DNA of 63,999 bases, filler included, from Asterionella formosa (lineage: Eukaryota): the NCBI GenBank assembly GCA_002256025.1. It is 14 parts of 14 records of this genome, joined end to end, with 100 filler letters (N's around TTAATTAATTAA, not from the genome) between each part and the next. Parts side by side here need not be neighbours in the genome. Positions count along the whole stretch, not along the records: positions 22,982 to 27,473 come from NKIB01013495.1; positions 27,574 to 32,061 come from NKIB01013496.1; positions 32,162 to 36,649 come from NKIB01013497.1; positions 36,750 to 41,231 come from NKIB01013499.1; 10 more parts are not named here. The stretch is one strand, 5' to 3'. The notes beneath the pieces were generated by a model. The model was given only the letters and a program-made list of their open reading frames with translations. It had not been told where the DNA came from and searched no databases. Made by a program: the position numbers and the translations under genes. Positions 26,507 through 38,700 of the stretch are shown here, piece after piece (the stretch's first letter is position 1; the number at the start of each line of letters is the position of its first letter).

Positions 26507-27466
26507 ATGGCAATGCGGCTCAACAATGAATCAAAGCGACTTAAAATTATTGGATTCCTACTCCTCGTGTTGCTTTCGCCAATCTGCGCTTTTACGTTTG
26601 CACCTAACAGACGACATCCGCTCCAGCTAGAATGGCAGCAACAAACAACTACCACCCTCCATCTTCAGTGGGAAGATGTTATTTTCAACGTCGAAGCTGC
26701 CGCTTCCTCCCTCGCATCCACTTCATTGGACAACGTTTCCTTTTCAAGTCTCCCCATCATGTACATTGCTGGATTACTGACGGGCGTGTCACCCTGCGTA
26801 TGGGGACTTTTACCTCTGACCATGTCCTACATTACCACTGCTGCCGGGGAGCGCAATGACGGTAAAGTTTGGATACCGACCCTCGTTTTTGCGACAGGAC
26901 TGGCTTCTGTATTCATGACATTTGGAATTGTTGCAGCCACAGCAGGCACGTTGTTGGGACCGTCCAATCAACTGGCTATCGTTTCAAATATTATTTGCTT
27001 AGCCATGGGCTTTCAACTATTGGAATTAATACAACTCCCTCTACTCTCCTTGAATACAGTGTTGGCGAAAAAGTCGACGGATGTGACGTTACTGGATGCG
27101 TCAGGTAACATTCTTTCCAATCAACCTGCTCCAAGTGGCTCACTCTTGCGAACCTTTTTTCTCGGGGCATCCTCGGCATTGGTGGCCAGTCCGTGTTCCA
27201 CCCCAGTGCTTACCAGCATGTTGGCCTTTTGCGCCAAGACCCACCATCCTGAGGTAGGAGCAGGATTGTTAGGCATGTATTCGTTGGGCTATTCGACACC
27301 ACTGTTAGTTGTTGCAGCCACAGGAGGACAATTGCTCACGAAGGGAAACGCACAACCATGGGTGACCCAAATGACAGGAGCTGTATTGGTATGGATTGGT
27401 ACAAAAGGAGTTTTGACGGCGGTTTTGGGAGATGCGTCCTTGGCGGGGCTTGCCATTCTAGAGTAG
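26507..27466 (+). CDS. ccdA: Plastid-targeted cytochrome c biogenesis protein CcdA (DsbD transmembrane domain)
   Basis: 319-aa intact ORF with the two catalytic motifs GLLTGVSPC..LLP and LVASPCSTPVL, and YSLGYSTPL. Signal peptide is followed by ICA|FTFAP (ASAFAP-like). Confidence 0.9.
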   Translation: MAMRLNNESKRLKIIGFLLLVLLSPICAFTFAPNRRHPLQLEWQQQTTTTLHLQWEDVIFNVEAAASSLASTSLDNVSFSSLPIMYIAGLLTGVSPCVWGLLPLTMSYITTAAGERNDGKVWIPTLVFATGLASVFMTFGIVAATAGTLLGPSNQLAIVSNIICLAMGFQLLELIQLPLLSLNTVLAKKSTDVTLLDASGNILSNQPAPSGSLLRTFFLGASSALVASPCSTPVLTSMLAFCAKTHHPEVGAGLLGMYSLGYSTPLLVVAATGGQLLTKGNAQPWVTQMTGAVLVWIGTKGVLTAVLGDASLAGLAILE

Positions 27467-27573
27467 TCTATTGNNNNNNNNNNNNNNNNNNNNNNNNNNN
27501 NNNNNNNNNNNNNNNNNTTAATTAATTAANNNNNNNNNNNNNNNNNNNNNNNNNNNNNNNNNNNNNNNNNNNN

Positions 27574-28425
27574 TCGGTGTCCAGAACAATTCCACTGCAT
27601 TGACACAATCACCATTGTCTACCATGGAGTCGCTAGCAATACTAGATAAGACCTCCTTGGTACCAGCTCGGCTGAAGCCAGCACCGTCGAATCTACAACA
27701 CATGTGGTCAATACCGAATGGACAAGCAACACGCAATTCGTGCAATCAGGATGACACTTACTTCGTGGAGTCACCTTGGATTTCAATAATCAAACTCACA
27801 ACAACCAGTGTTGGCCCACCGCCTTTCTCAACATTTTCTCCACTTGGAATGTATTCCTGCACGAATTCTTAGTTTAGGTTGAATCGCGACCGAAAACGTA
27901 GCTTCTAACAAGAACAAATGTTTGCACTCTCACCTTTTCGAATTTTATAGCTTCCCTGTTAGACCAGTCGTTGAACAAGCTCTCTGCTTTGCCACCATCG
28001 TTCTGGCTGAACCACTTACTTTCGCTACAAGCGCCACTCCAGTCATCGCTCTTTCTCAGCAATGCGAGGCAAACTTCATTGGTCAGCTTAGCCAAAGAAC
28101 TGGAGGAACGAGAGCTCTTCTCCAGCATGCCAAAAATTGAACTTGAAGATCGATCGGAAGAAAGGAGACTGAGTTGGACCTTACCGACTGTGATGCCTTT
28201 GCCTAGTGGCCCGCTTTCTTCGAAGATTTTGTCGAAAAAGTTCAACGCTGTGATGTCCTTGTTAGGGATTTGCACATTTGCATTTCTGAAAAACGCTTGG
28301 TTCTTTGCGTTCGAATTGGTGAGAAATGCTGTTGTCGAATCAAAGATGAATCCAAGACCAACAAAGATGGTAAGTTTCAGGCCGTTGTGGATCCTCATGG
28401 TGAACACGTTATAATGTGTCATCAA
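27574..28425 (-). CDS. DUF1517 / FLAP1-like plastid protein, 3' truncated
   Basis: Exons 28425-27934, 27856-27762 and 27692-27574, with GT-AG introns that keep the frame. Motifs: VGKVQLSL, EVCLALLR, AESLFN, VVVSLII, AVELFWTP. Signal peptide followed by TTA|FL. Start could be 28398. Confidence 0.8.
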
Positions 28426-28699
28426 TCATTTGTGTCCAGTATGATACGGTGTTGCTTTTGCCTACCGGTACCTGGTACCTTGGTCTGTTTGCGCACGTTT
28501 TATGTGCACCTTTTCAGTTTCGACGCACTCCCGATGGATTGTCTCATGCCTGCCGGACGAGATAGAGTGGCTTTTCATTCCAGTCTGCCATGATGACCGA
28601 AATTACACATCACAATTATGACAATGGCGATGACAAATTTAACTACAGTCATGATAGTTGTCCTACCTGTCAAGACCGGTTGATTGTTGAGTCAGCTGT

Positions 28700-29165
28700 G
28701 GAGGGATGTGAGGATTGCATCTTCTGCAAATACTGCGATTTTGGTTGCCCTGAATGTCAGTGCTGATGGGATGAAGTCGAAGAGTTCTTGGTGGAGAAGT
28801 TCTTGGAAGGTGAATCCATTCTTACCAGGTTGAAGGATGAAGACGCACATTATGGCATCAAGAGCCCGCAATCTTCTATACAAGTTTTTAATCAGAGTTT
28901 TCTGAGGTCCATTGGGAAAAGGTGTTCGAATGCACCTTCCTGACTGTTGTTTGAAGGGGGTTTGATCCCTTTTGAAGAACAAGGACCCAAAAAAGTGTAC
29001 ACTGGCTTCAAACCTGGCGACGCAGACATCATTTGTTCTGCAATGAACTTACCGATTCCAGTTTGGTACTGCCTGGTCAACACAAGGAAACTTCTGTGCT
29101 GTTGAGGAGCTTGTTGGGAAAGCCCAACTGGAAACAACAGCTCTTGCAATGCAAGAGGCATGTGA
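28700..29165 (-). mobile_element. Gypsy RT-thumb / RNase H remnant
   Basis: Frameshifted pieces QHRSFLVL, VFILQPG and TLRLHPIS resemble Gypsy LRSFLGL, VLLQ and LRPIAF. Confidence 0.45.
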
Positions 29166-29194
29166 TGCAGAAATATAACAGATAATCAATTTGC

Positions 29195-29670
29195 ATGAAC
29201 AAGTCGATTGGACAGACAAAGGACATGATTTGTAGTGGTGGAAATCACTCTCTGGTACTGAATGTATGGCTCTGCAGAATATGCTGTGCCTGACAGTAAG
29301 TTACGATATGGGCTGGCAGCAACAATCAAGTGGAAACAAGTACAACTCTGTAAATGGGCATGCATTCTGCATTGGTGGCTACAAGAAAGATACTAGACTA
29401 TCGAGTAAAATCAAAGGTCTGTAATGTGTGCGACAGGGCTATACAGTAGGAAAAGAAAACGAAACAAAAAAATACATGCAGCATGATTTGAAACTGTGCA
29501 ACAAGAAAGGCAAGGCAAGAAATCAGGTAAGACTTACAGAGCTGGTGTGGCGCTAACAGAAGAACCGGAGGCCACAACTACAATCCAGAAGTCAAATGCG
29601 TAATGCAAACATTGTGGCCGGAATGATCATCAGCGAAAAAGCAATGCACTCTGCCCATTCTTTCAAGGAA
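29195..29670 (+). mobile_element. Mutator-like transposase remnant
   Basis: Manual translation TVSYDMGWQQQSSGNKYNSVNGHAFCIGG..ILDYRVKSKVCNVC fits the S-Y-D-x2-W-Q...S-x2-G...SK-x-C-x2-C signature. A CKHCGRNDHQRKSNALCP knuckle follows. Confidence 0.75.
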
Positions 29671-30052
29671 AAGTGCATTGTAGTAGTACTGGTACAGAGA
29701 TGTTAGCGGATACAGTACCGGCAAGCACCAAAAATATGTTACATGTGTATCCAGTGGGGCCAGTGTGGGTTTACAAGATCTAGCAAACTGGGCCAATCGA
29801 ACAGAGGTAGCTAAGTAATTCGCAATATCCAATCAGTACATATATAATACTGCGCGCACTTGCAATGGAATTTTCGGTACAGGAAAATTTATGACTTAAT
29901 ATTGCATCACAAGACTCTGATACAGATGATGACGTTTTGGCACTAAGTGGCTCTGATTCCGATATTTTGGAGACAGTACAAAAGGCCGATTTTGTCGAAT
30001 TTTGGGACGATTTTTCAATATTGGCTGGGTCTGAAGGCGATTTAGATACATA

Positions 30053-30246
30053 GGTAAACTTCAAATATCATCAGTATATAACTTCTGGCGAGAAACTGCG
30101 GAAAGGAACTTGGTTTTTTGATTATGCCAAATAAAGTGAGCGATTTCCCCCGAAATTTCCAGTCTTTATAGCATAGTGAAAAAACCGAAGTTCCTCTCTG
30201 CGGTTTCTTGCCAGATCCTACATCCTGACGATATATAGCGTTGACC
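30053..30246. mobile_element. MITE family B (TA-flanked, about 75-bp imperfect TIRs, GGT...ACC ends)
   Basis: ta|ggtaaac...ctggcgagaaactgcggaaaggaactt pairs with aagttcctctctgcggtttcttgccag...gttgacc|ta. Second copy at 45930-46131. Confidence 0.8.
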
Positions 30247-30248
30247 TA

Positions 30249-30418
30249 CATCTAAGCCGCATATTACATGAAGTGACCTTCATGTAAATAAGCCTAGTTG
30301 ATTTTGAGTGGATCACATGAGTTAGTTGAAAACATCAAATGCTTACTACTTGAATATAGCTATCTATATATTACCTGAATACATTACATTAATTATTTGA
30401 TCAGAGTATCATGCATGA
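30249..30418 (+). mobile_element. Repeat family A (copy 3, truncated)
   Basis: Begins CATCTAAGCCGC directly after the TA that closes MITE B. Confidence 0.8.
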
Positions 30419-32249
30419 ATATTATTTTCATCGAAAACTGTCCTATCTCATCTGGCAGGCATGAGACAATCCATCATTGGGAGTGCATCAAAACTGAAAA
30501 GGTGCTCATGAAATGTGCGCTACCCAACCTTCCCAGTACCACCTAAAAACTGAGAGTCAACATTTAATAACTCCTTCTTCTGACTAAAATTATCGAAGTT
30601 TTTTGAATGATAAATTCGAACCAAGTACGATTTTTATTGTAGTCGATACAGTAGAACGGCGATAGCTATCATTTAAGCAATCCTTAAGTAGTACATAAAG
30701 TTATGGAGATCTACTAAGCCATTTAATTTTACCCCTTTTGATTCATAACATTGTCTTTCAGTACATACTTTTAATCTATACATGAAGATTGTTTACGCCC
30801 AACCTTGTTTTATTTTACTTGTTACCACAAAAACTATTTTTTGTTACTTTTGTTGATACTATAATTACCGGTACCAGCTACCTGGGTTTAAGTGCCCCAT
30901 CATAACAGTAGTATATTTGTAAAGAATTCGTTCAGACCTTGCATATCAATCACTTCAAGTTCTCATCTGTCCGGTGGTCCTCCTCTTCTTTCAACGCATT
31001 TCACAGGGGATTGTGGTGATTTGTAAACAAGCAATGATATGATTGAACATATCCGAAAAAGGGGATAATGAATTATCATTATCGAGGAAGAAAACGGCGA
31101 TTTCTATCGTTACTTTGACAACACAAGATTTATTGGAATGAAATTCAAACAGTTTCCGGGTTTCCGTTCAACCAAAAAATACCTGATTTCGTGACATGTG
31201 TGCATTCTATATCATGGTTGGGTGGTGCAGTTTCTGGGGCCAAGAGGTAGATGCCATAGGCCTAGAAGTATTAGCAAAAACCCAGACCCTACTTCTTACT
31301 GTATATAATATTTTGCGCCAAAGAAACCTATTTAAAATCACATTACCAGGTCAGTATTATTCTGTTGGTTTACTCAATAATTTTACAACCTCCTGCACTG
31401 CTTGATTTATCAACATAATTGCCGTGAGCAGTGCGCTATCGGTAAATGCATCAAGCAGCATGGGAGCACATGATTTCGTTTATCTATGAACTATTAAGTG
31501 TTGAGCATGGAGAATTCACGCCTACTTGACCAACAGATTCACATGGAAAAGCCCTTCAGCTTGATAGTAGGCTATCTGCAGCAGAAACTGTACAGGACTG
31601 CCTCAAATATGATCCTATCATAGCAGTTATAACAAAGCTACTATAACGATTTCACACCCATCACTGTGCATTGGACTCGATTGCAAGTTCATTATGAATG
31701 AGAACTCAACCAACCATGACAACAATGAGATTGGATGGTAAAATTATTTAAATGTATACATTATATTTATTCATATGTATGTTATTATGTACCAAAAAAG
31801 TTATGTTGTACTGGTAGCTACGGTGGCTACCGGTACCTACGGTGGCTACCGGTACCTAATCTAGTTTCACGATGCATCACCACAGCCACATCACCGGTAT
31901 GCATTGCTTTGTGTTCTTGCTTGCTTCGCTCGTTTGTGAATGCAAATGCTGACGTCACAATCATTGATTGTCGTTCAAAAAATACCGGTATGTGGGCTGA
32001 TGGCGGCAAGTGCATGCAGCAGAGCCGGACGAACCGACAACCAACGTTCACTTTTTGTATGNNNNNNNNNNNNNNNNNNNNNNNNNNNNNNNNNNNNNNN
32101 NNNNNTTAATTAATTAANNNNNNNNNNNNNNNNNNNNNNNNNNNNNNNNNNNNNNNNNNNNCTGTGAGGTCGCACTGGGGCGAGAAGGCCCTGGGAAGGC
32201 GCAAGAACCTAAATGTGGTTGTCAGAACGGCAGAGGATTGTACAGACAG

Positions 32250-32790
32250 TAAGAAATGGGCGGATGAATCCCTGGCGGCATTTGTTGTAAAGGATTTGGG
32301 CAGTAAGGCGGTGTTGAAAAATTGTCAAACCTCGCCATACTAATCGAGGGTGAGTGAAGTACGCATAGGCCAAACAGGTGACCCCATTCATCTTATCCAG
32401 GAACATTTATGTCGGGACCCATAACCAAGAGTGATATCTGCTATTAGACAGAGGGTATAGCGTGCTTTGGTGGCCAAAGGTTGGCTCCATGGACAAAAGA
32501 ATGAATTTCTGTCGATTGATCCATAACATAGACTTGAAAACAAATCAATAAGGGCAGGTCCATTGCGCAGACTGAAGTGGGAGCCTGGTGTAAGTTGGGA
32601 GTAATATATGGAAATGGTCTCGCCCATGAAGTCGATAAATGTCCAAGGAGGGCATTATTCCAACCAATCAATGTATGGGTAGTAAAAGCTTTGAAAGCAG
32701 AGACTGCCAATGAATCAATTGCTGTAATGACAGGAAATGGCCACTTGGTTAAGGGGTCAAGCTTGAATACAAAATTCAAAAGCAAATGCT
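32250..32790 (-). mobile_element. Non-LTR retrotransposon ORF2 C-terminal remnant
   Basis: HTLIGWNNALLGHLSTSW and RNSF/SFVHG correspond to the Q-x2-IGW...G...W and W-x2-RN-x3-HG motifs of LINE ORF2 tails. Confidence 0.65.
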
Positions 32791-35700
32791 ACATCTGCAA
32801 ATTAAACATATCATGTATAAAGGATCAACAAGGGTATTAAACACTTAAAGGCACAAAATATTCAGCATCATATATGATACTTTATGGCTATATGACATGA
32901 TCAATTCAAACGAAAAGTTATGACCATTCAATCATACTTACCAGGGTATAATACCATTGCTTTCCGTTTGTCAGAAGTGGTTCTAATGCACAAAATATGC
33001 ATCACAATTATTGCAACATATTCTATTTTTTAATCATTTTAATAGCGCAATCTTACTATTCTATTTCTAGAGTTGCCGTCATTGTGCTCCATGGCCCATA
33101 TAAGGTGGGGCAGTGGAAAGGGTTTGTTGGTAGTCACTTCCTCATGTGGAAGTAGTTTAAAAAAAAATTGTGGTCACTTTATTCTTGGTTCAGTTCTCTA
33201 TGACTGCACTTCTCATGTCAGCCGGAGAATAAGATGGTGAGTGTGGATTGGGTTAAAGATTTCCCCTTTTGGCCACAATTCTGGTGATTAAATTTGAAGT
33301 CTCCATACCAATTGGTGATTCCAGGGCTTCCAACTCATTGTTATATGTCATTGTCATTGTCTTTGTTGTCTTCATTGTCTTCGTTATCACAAAGATCATT
33401 GCTTTGAGCAGCCCATCCAGCTCTGGCGCAATTTCTTCATCAGTGACTTCTTCATTTCTTTGTCTTCTTCTTTATTATTGTTAATGTTTGGTATATCGCC
33501 ATTCTTGTATTCTTCTGCGTCTTTCAGCACTGTACTAGTGCTCACTATAGTGAAAAAGGTGTTAAACTTCTTCTTTTCTTTTCTTGTCTCTTGATACTGT
33601 CTTTGCCTGATTTGTGTTAATGTTGATTCCATTGCTGTGAATTCCCCAACTGTGTGTAGTGTTTGTGGAAGACGCCAAATCAACATCCATGCAATCACTG
33701 GTTTTCACCGCTCCTGCATTAATCTTTTCTTGCTTTTCCATCTCCTCCCCTTTCTGTCGGGTTTCATTACCAGCTGCTGGTGCTGTCCCACATGTATGAG
33801 TTGTTCTTTCTTTGCCTGGTTGGCCGCTTGGATAGCGCCTTTCGTGATGGTGAATTGGTCGTTTTTTGGATGTATTAACTATCGGGACCCGGAGGTCCCT
33901 GTAGCTTACGTACCACTAAATACTGTGATCAGCGCTGTAGTACTGTAGTAGTCTTTCTTAAACTCGCCTTTATACTTGGCCAAAAAGTTGCAACATATTC
34001 TAGTTTAAATTATGATCAATTATTGTACAATAATATTGATCCATCATTAACAATTTGAACACAAAATCATCAGACAATATAAATCAATTGCACAACAACA
34101 TTTCTTTTCAATGTCATTTACCTTTGTATTCTTTTTGCATATCTCATGATAAATGAATATTGTTGGTGTTTACAGCAACTCGCGATATATCCTATAATTT
34201 GAATTCATTTATCGTATTTCTAGCTGTCTTAGAATAATCGTAATTCCTTTCAAAATCACTGTTCAAACTAGGTCGAAATGGATTGTAATTGACCTCATAT
34301 GCATGATCTGTAGAAATGATTTCCATGTTTTTACATCTCGAGTCGCCATTCTAAGATATACAATGCATAATAAGTTCATTTTTTCACAACTTCACAACCT
34401 GTTTTTGAAATTAGTTTGTATAAATTTTTTCGCATTATGTAAACCCCATAATTGGCGGGAGTCATAATGCACCGTTCATATTTATAAATCATAGCTATAG
34501 TGATTTGACCATATATATATATATAGGCGGACTCGCAAAATCTTCACAGCCTACAGTATCCTAAGTAATTAGAAAAGTTATACTACAGTGCTAGAAAACT
34601 GAATATGACACATTTAGGAACATTTGATCGAATTTTTGATATTAATTTGCTTACTCTACTGACTAAGTTATATTTTGATATTTTAGGTTTTATTTAAATG
34701 ACAGTGTATATCATACTATTAATATGCCTTGTTGCCAAACGTAGAAAGTTAAATTATCCAATGATATTTATTAAGTACAGATCGGACTTTCTTTTCAGAA
34801 TTTAGTGTGAGTAAGTCAGATAGCCGATGTACGATAACTGGTTCCTTGCAGCTTGAATGCATCGCCCGGTATGACAATTTCTATGTTAACGGAGGTTTTG
34901 ATTAGAATAGATTTCCCATGCATCAACAGTGTAAAACTTTTTAGTTGCTAAGGATTCAATTGTGGTGACATTTTATATTGAGATCATCGTATTTGTTGAC
35001 ATCATTCATCTACAATACCACCAAAGAGGATATACAGTAAACTTTAAAGAAACAAGAGTTCTGAAATTGTTAATATCAATATTAGTAAGGTCCAGATGGT
35101 CTCCACCTCCAAAAGAATAACAGCAAGCTAGGTCATGATGGAACTACTCAGTACCCCTCATCAAGTGCTAATACACCAGGATCAAGTGAAAAAAGGCATA
35201 TTCTGTTCCGTGTTATTACCCCCAGAGATCTACTACCCTAGCCATCGTCCAAAGATACGCCATCTGCCTCACAAGAATGTCAATCAACTTTTATAGTACG
35301 TAAAAGCCCCAAATAATATTCGTCTGTACGGTACAATTGGAACTGTCTGTTAGCCAGCCGCACCCCCCAAAATCCTATGGACTACATGAAAAAGACAGGT
35401 GGAGAATGCAGTATTCTAACCCGCCACCGCAGAAGGTGTGCTAAAATCCTATCAATACTGATAGTGATGAGGCCGATTTTTCTTCAGTTCTCGATACCAG
35501 AAATGTTCCTCCAGTTGATACCATGATTAAAAAAACCTCCAAGTAGCAGCTTGACTGATAGATGAAAGAGGTAGCATATCATGAACTTTCTAATCGTGTG
35601 GAGCAAGCAAAATATTTGACAAATTAGGTGAAAATACCATTCAGTTGCTGAATAGAGGGTTTTATCTAGTGACCACTCACCTTAAACATTACAAAGATCT

Positions 35701-38700
35701 TCGCTCAGGTAAAGACTCATCATTTACGTGGTCATGAAGAGTCATCAACTGCGGCGACAGTATCAACACAACGAGCTTTGCTTTCCAAATCGAACCCTCT
35801 GCTATTTTCAAAACCAGAAAAATTTGCAGTGAAAATTGATGTTTGATTTTATAATTCGTGATTGTATTCTCTGCATGTTGAATAAAAGAGATTCTCAATC
35901 GAACATATTCTTGTGATTCTCCGATCACAAACTTGATTGGTTTGTGCAATGTTGCCTCTCCTCACCTTTATATGCTGTAACCGGAGTTAGCTACTAGGCA
36001 TTGAAGTGGATAGTGACTCTGAACTTCCTAACTTCACATAGAATGGACCTGATGCACGCCTTCCGAACAAACACAAGAACAACGCACGTTAAGAATATAT
36101 CAATTCCACATTCGGAGGTATGTGCAAATACAATACCGTCAGAATAAACTGAATAATCAATTTAAAGCAATCTTAGATAAGTTACAAAACAAATTACTCT
36201 ATAACTGTTTATGTGCTGGTAATCATTTTCTATCAAATCTTGCACCAACTTACATATACTAACAAACATTCTGACACAAAATTACTACACGAACATGGAT
36301 ATTTTGGTTTTCTTCATTGGGTATAAGCAAAGACTTCATACATGTGCGCAGTCAAAGTACGTTGACCGGGACAGCCAACTGAGAATTGATTGTTCGTACC
36401 AGAAATTTGTTAAGTCGTTGATGCAGGTCAGCACCGGCAAATGTGTTGTTTTTTGGAACTTGATATCAAAAAAATGTTTAAGTATAAAAAGAATAATTGA
36501 AAAAAATTTGGGACTCTTTATGGTCAGCAAGTTCTATTCGTAGTCTGCAATTTCTAGTTGTAGCCAGCAAGTTATAGTCGTTGTCAGCAAATTTCTATAG
36601 TCATATGTAGCCATCAATTAGATCAGTATTACTTTGTTGACAAAAGAGTNNNNNNNNNNNNNNNNNNNNNNNNNNNNNNNNNNNNNNNNNNNNTTAATTA
36701 ATTAANNNNNNNNNNNNNNNNNNNNNNNNNNNNNNNNNNNNNNNNNNNNCCCTACCCCCCCCCCCCCCCCACCACTCCTTCCGATGGTCGTCCCATGGAC
36801 TTCGACATCTCCTTTCTACCGACTCCCTCCTTGAAGAAATCCTTTGCAAAAGCTCAAAGTCAAAGCTCGAAAGAGCAATTACCGCTGGACAGCCCCGCCT
36901 AGGAGCTTTTTTCAAGCGCCATGCGATTTCTTTCCCAACGCCTTTGGCACCCTTTACCCCACCTCGCCCTCCTCTCTTCCTCCCCACCATCCTTCCCTCC
37001 CTTCTACTGATAACCACGCAAAGCAAGAAGCGCTTGTCTCGCCACTACAACCCTCCACATACACTCTCTCCATCCCAGAACTCGCTGGCCACAAAAAGAT
37101 TCTCAAACTTCAACTAAAAACTGCCTTCCCCATTAAGGGAACCTCTGGCTGCACCCAGATAAAACAATTCAAATCCCGGTATGCACTTACCGGTACCGGT
37201 ATACAGTATGGTAAACCTCGTACTCCAGTAGGCTACCCTACTGGTACCAGGTATACCTTTTATTACCGCGGGCGGTATAATGCCGTGCCTAGACCTACGT
37301 GAACAAAAATTATATAGAGTACTGTTAAATCATTCTATATCCTGTTACTCAATATATTTGCCACTGAGTCAGAGCACAAGAAAAGAACACAGCCTCAGTT
37401 CATCGCGACCCTCTCCTTGCTTCACCTTCATATACCTTGACCTTCGGCCATGGATACATTGGAAATGATTGGATAGCTACTACACGTAGGCTACCGTACT
37501 ATGATAATACTGAGCCCTGAGCCCTTTGATTGTAGTACGCAGCACATTTTCTTTCGTTTCACTTGTGCTTCTCACTTCTCTCCAGCAGCCACCAGCCACT
37601 ACTTCAGTCCTTGTTGTTTATGCCTGCTAGTTAGTACCTGGTTCGTCTGCCTAACTAACAATAGAGAAGCAATGCATTACAACGCTCTGAAAAAGACAAT
37701 GGGAAAGACTTAACGTCGTCAGTGGCAACTTCGAAATGTATCATTCTGTAGTTCCGTTGTCATCCACGAGCTCACACGCACAGCAATCAAGGGCCAGAAG
37801 TAGTGGATTGACTCGGAGTTCTCTCGATGGGTTCATCCCGAGGATTCACACAGGGTATAGCATCTTATTACTATGCCAACAAAATGGCTAGAGTTTGAAA
37901 GGTGGGATCTGATTATTTATAATTTATTTCGTGTTGAAAAGGCCAAGATATGGATGGTGGCTGAAGTGTACTGTAGCTACTGTTGACTCATTGACTTTTG
38001 GCCGTGTGGATGACGTAAATGGATCAACTCTCACAGGAAAAAGAAAGGTGAAAATATGAGACAAGCAAGGAAAGTGTGCGTGGCTTCCATGATGGATTGA
38101 ATGCATGAATTGGTGGTGACTGGACTTGGTCCGGGGAGTGATGTGCTGGCCCCCTTGGTGGCCCTCCTTTGTGCCACAATTGCACAGATCATGAAGATTG
38201 GTATCGGCTTGTTGTTGTGATGAATCTATCCAGCATGGTGATCATTGACACGGACGAGGATACATTCTTCTTATTGAATTTTTCCATAGAATCCGAGACA
38301 ATTCTGATTGCCAGAATAACAAAGTAGTAGTTAGTATCTTGACCCCCAAATGTTATTGAATATACAAACGATTGTATAACGCCCACAATGGACGTTAATT
38401 CAGAGGAGGATGGAAGGTAAAAGAGGAGTGGTGTCTAGGAGATATTCTCACCTTGCAAGTACGGCCTGGAACAAGATTTTGACCAAACACACACACGGGC
38501 TTGTTATGATTTGCATCAAGAACAATCCATAATATGGTACATGAGATTTTGATAGCGTGAGAATTAATGGTACAACAAAGTACCCACCCCATCCATTGAT
38601 GACGAGATGAAGCCGTCGCATTGTTCTTCACTACTACATCATTTTATAATACATTGATTCCAAATAAATGAGTCAAAGATTACTCGATCAGCCATTCTAA

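Noticed and set aside
26507..28425. ccdA plus DUF1517 as a plastid-function gene cluster
   Set aside because: Separated by an artificial spacer at 27474-27573.
31000..31720. Possible DDE transposase remnant
   Set aside because: Only vague motif resemblance, with many stops.
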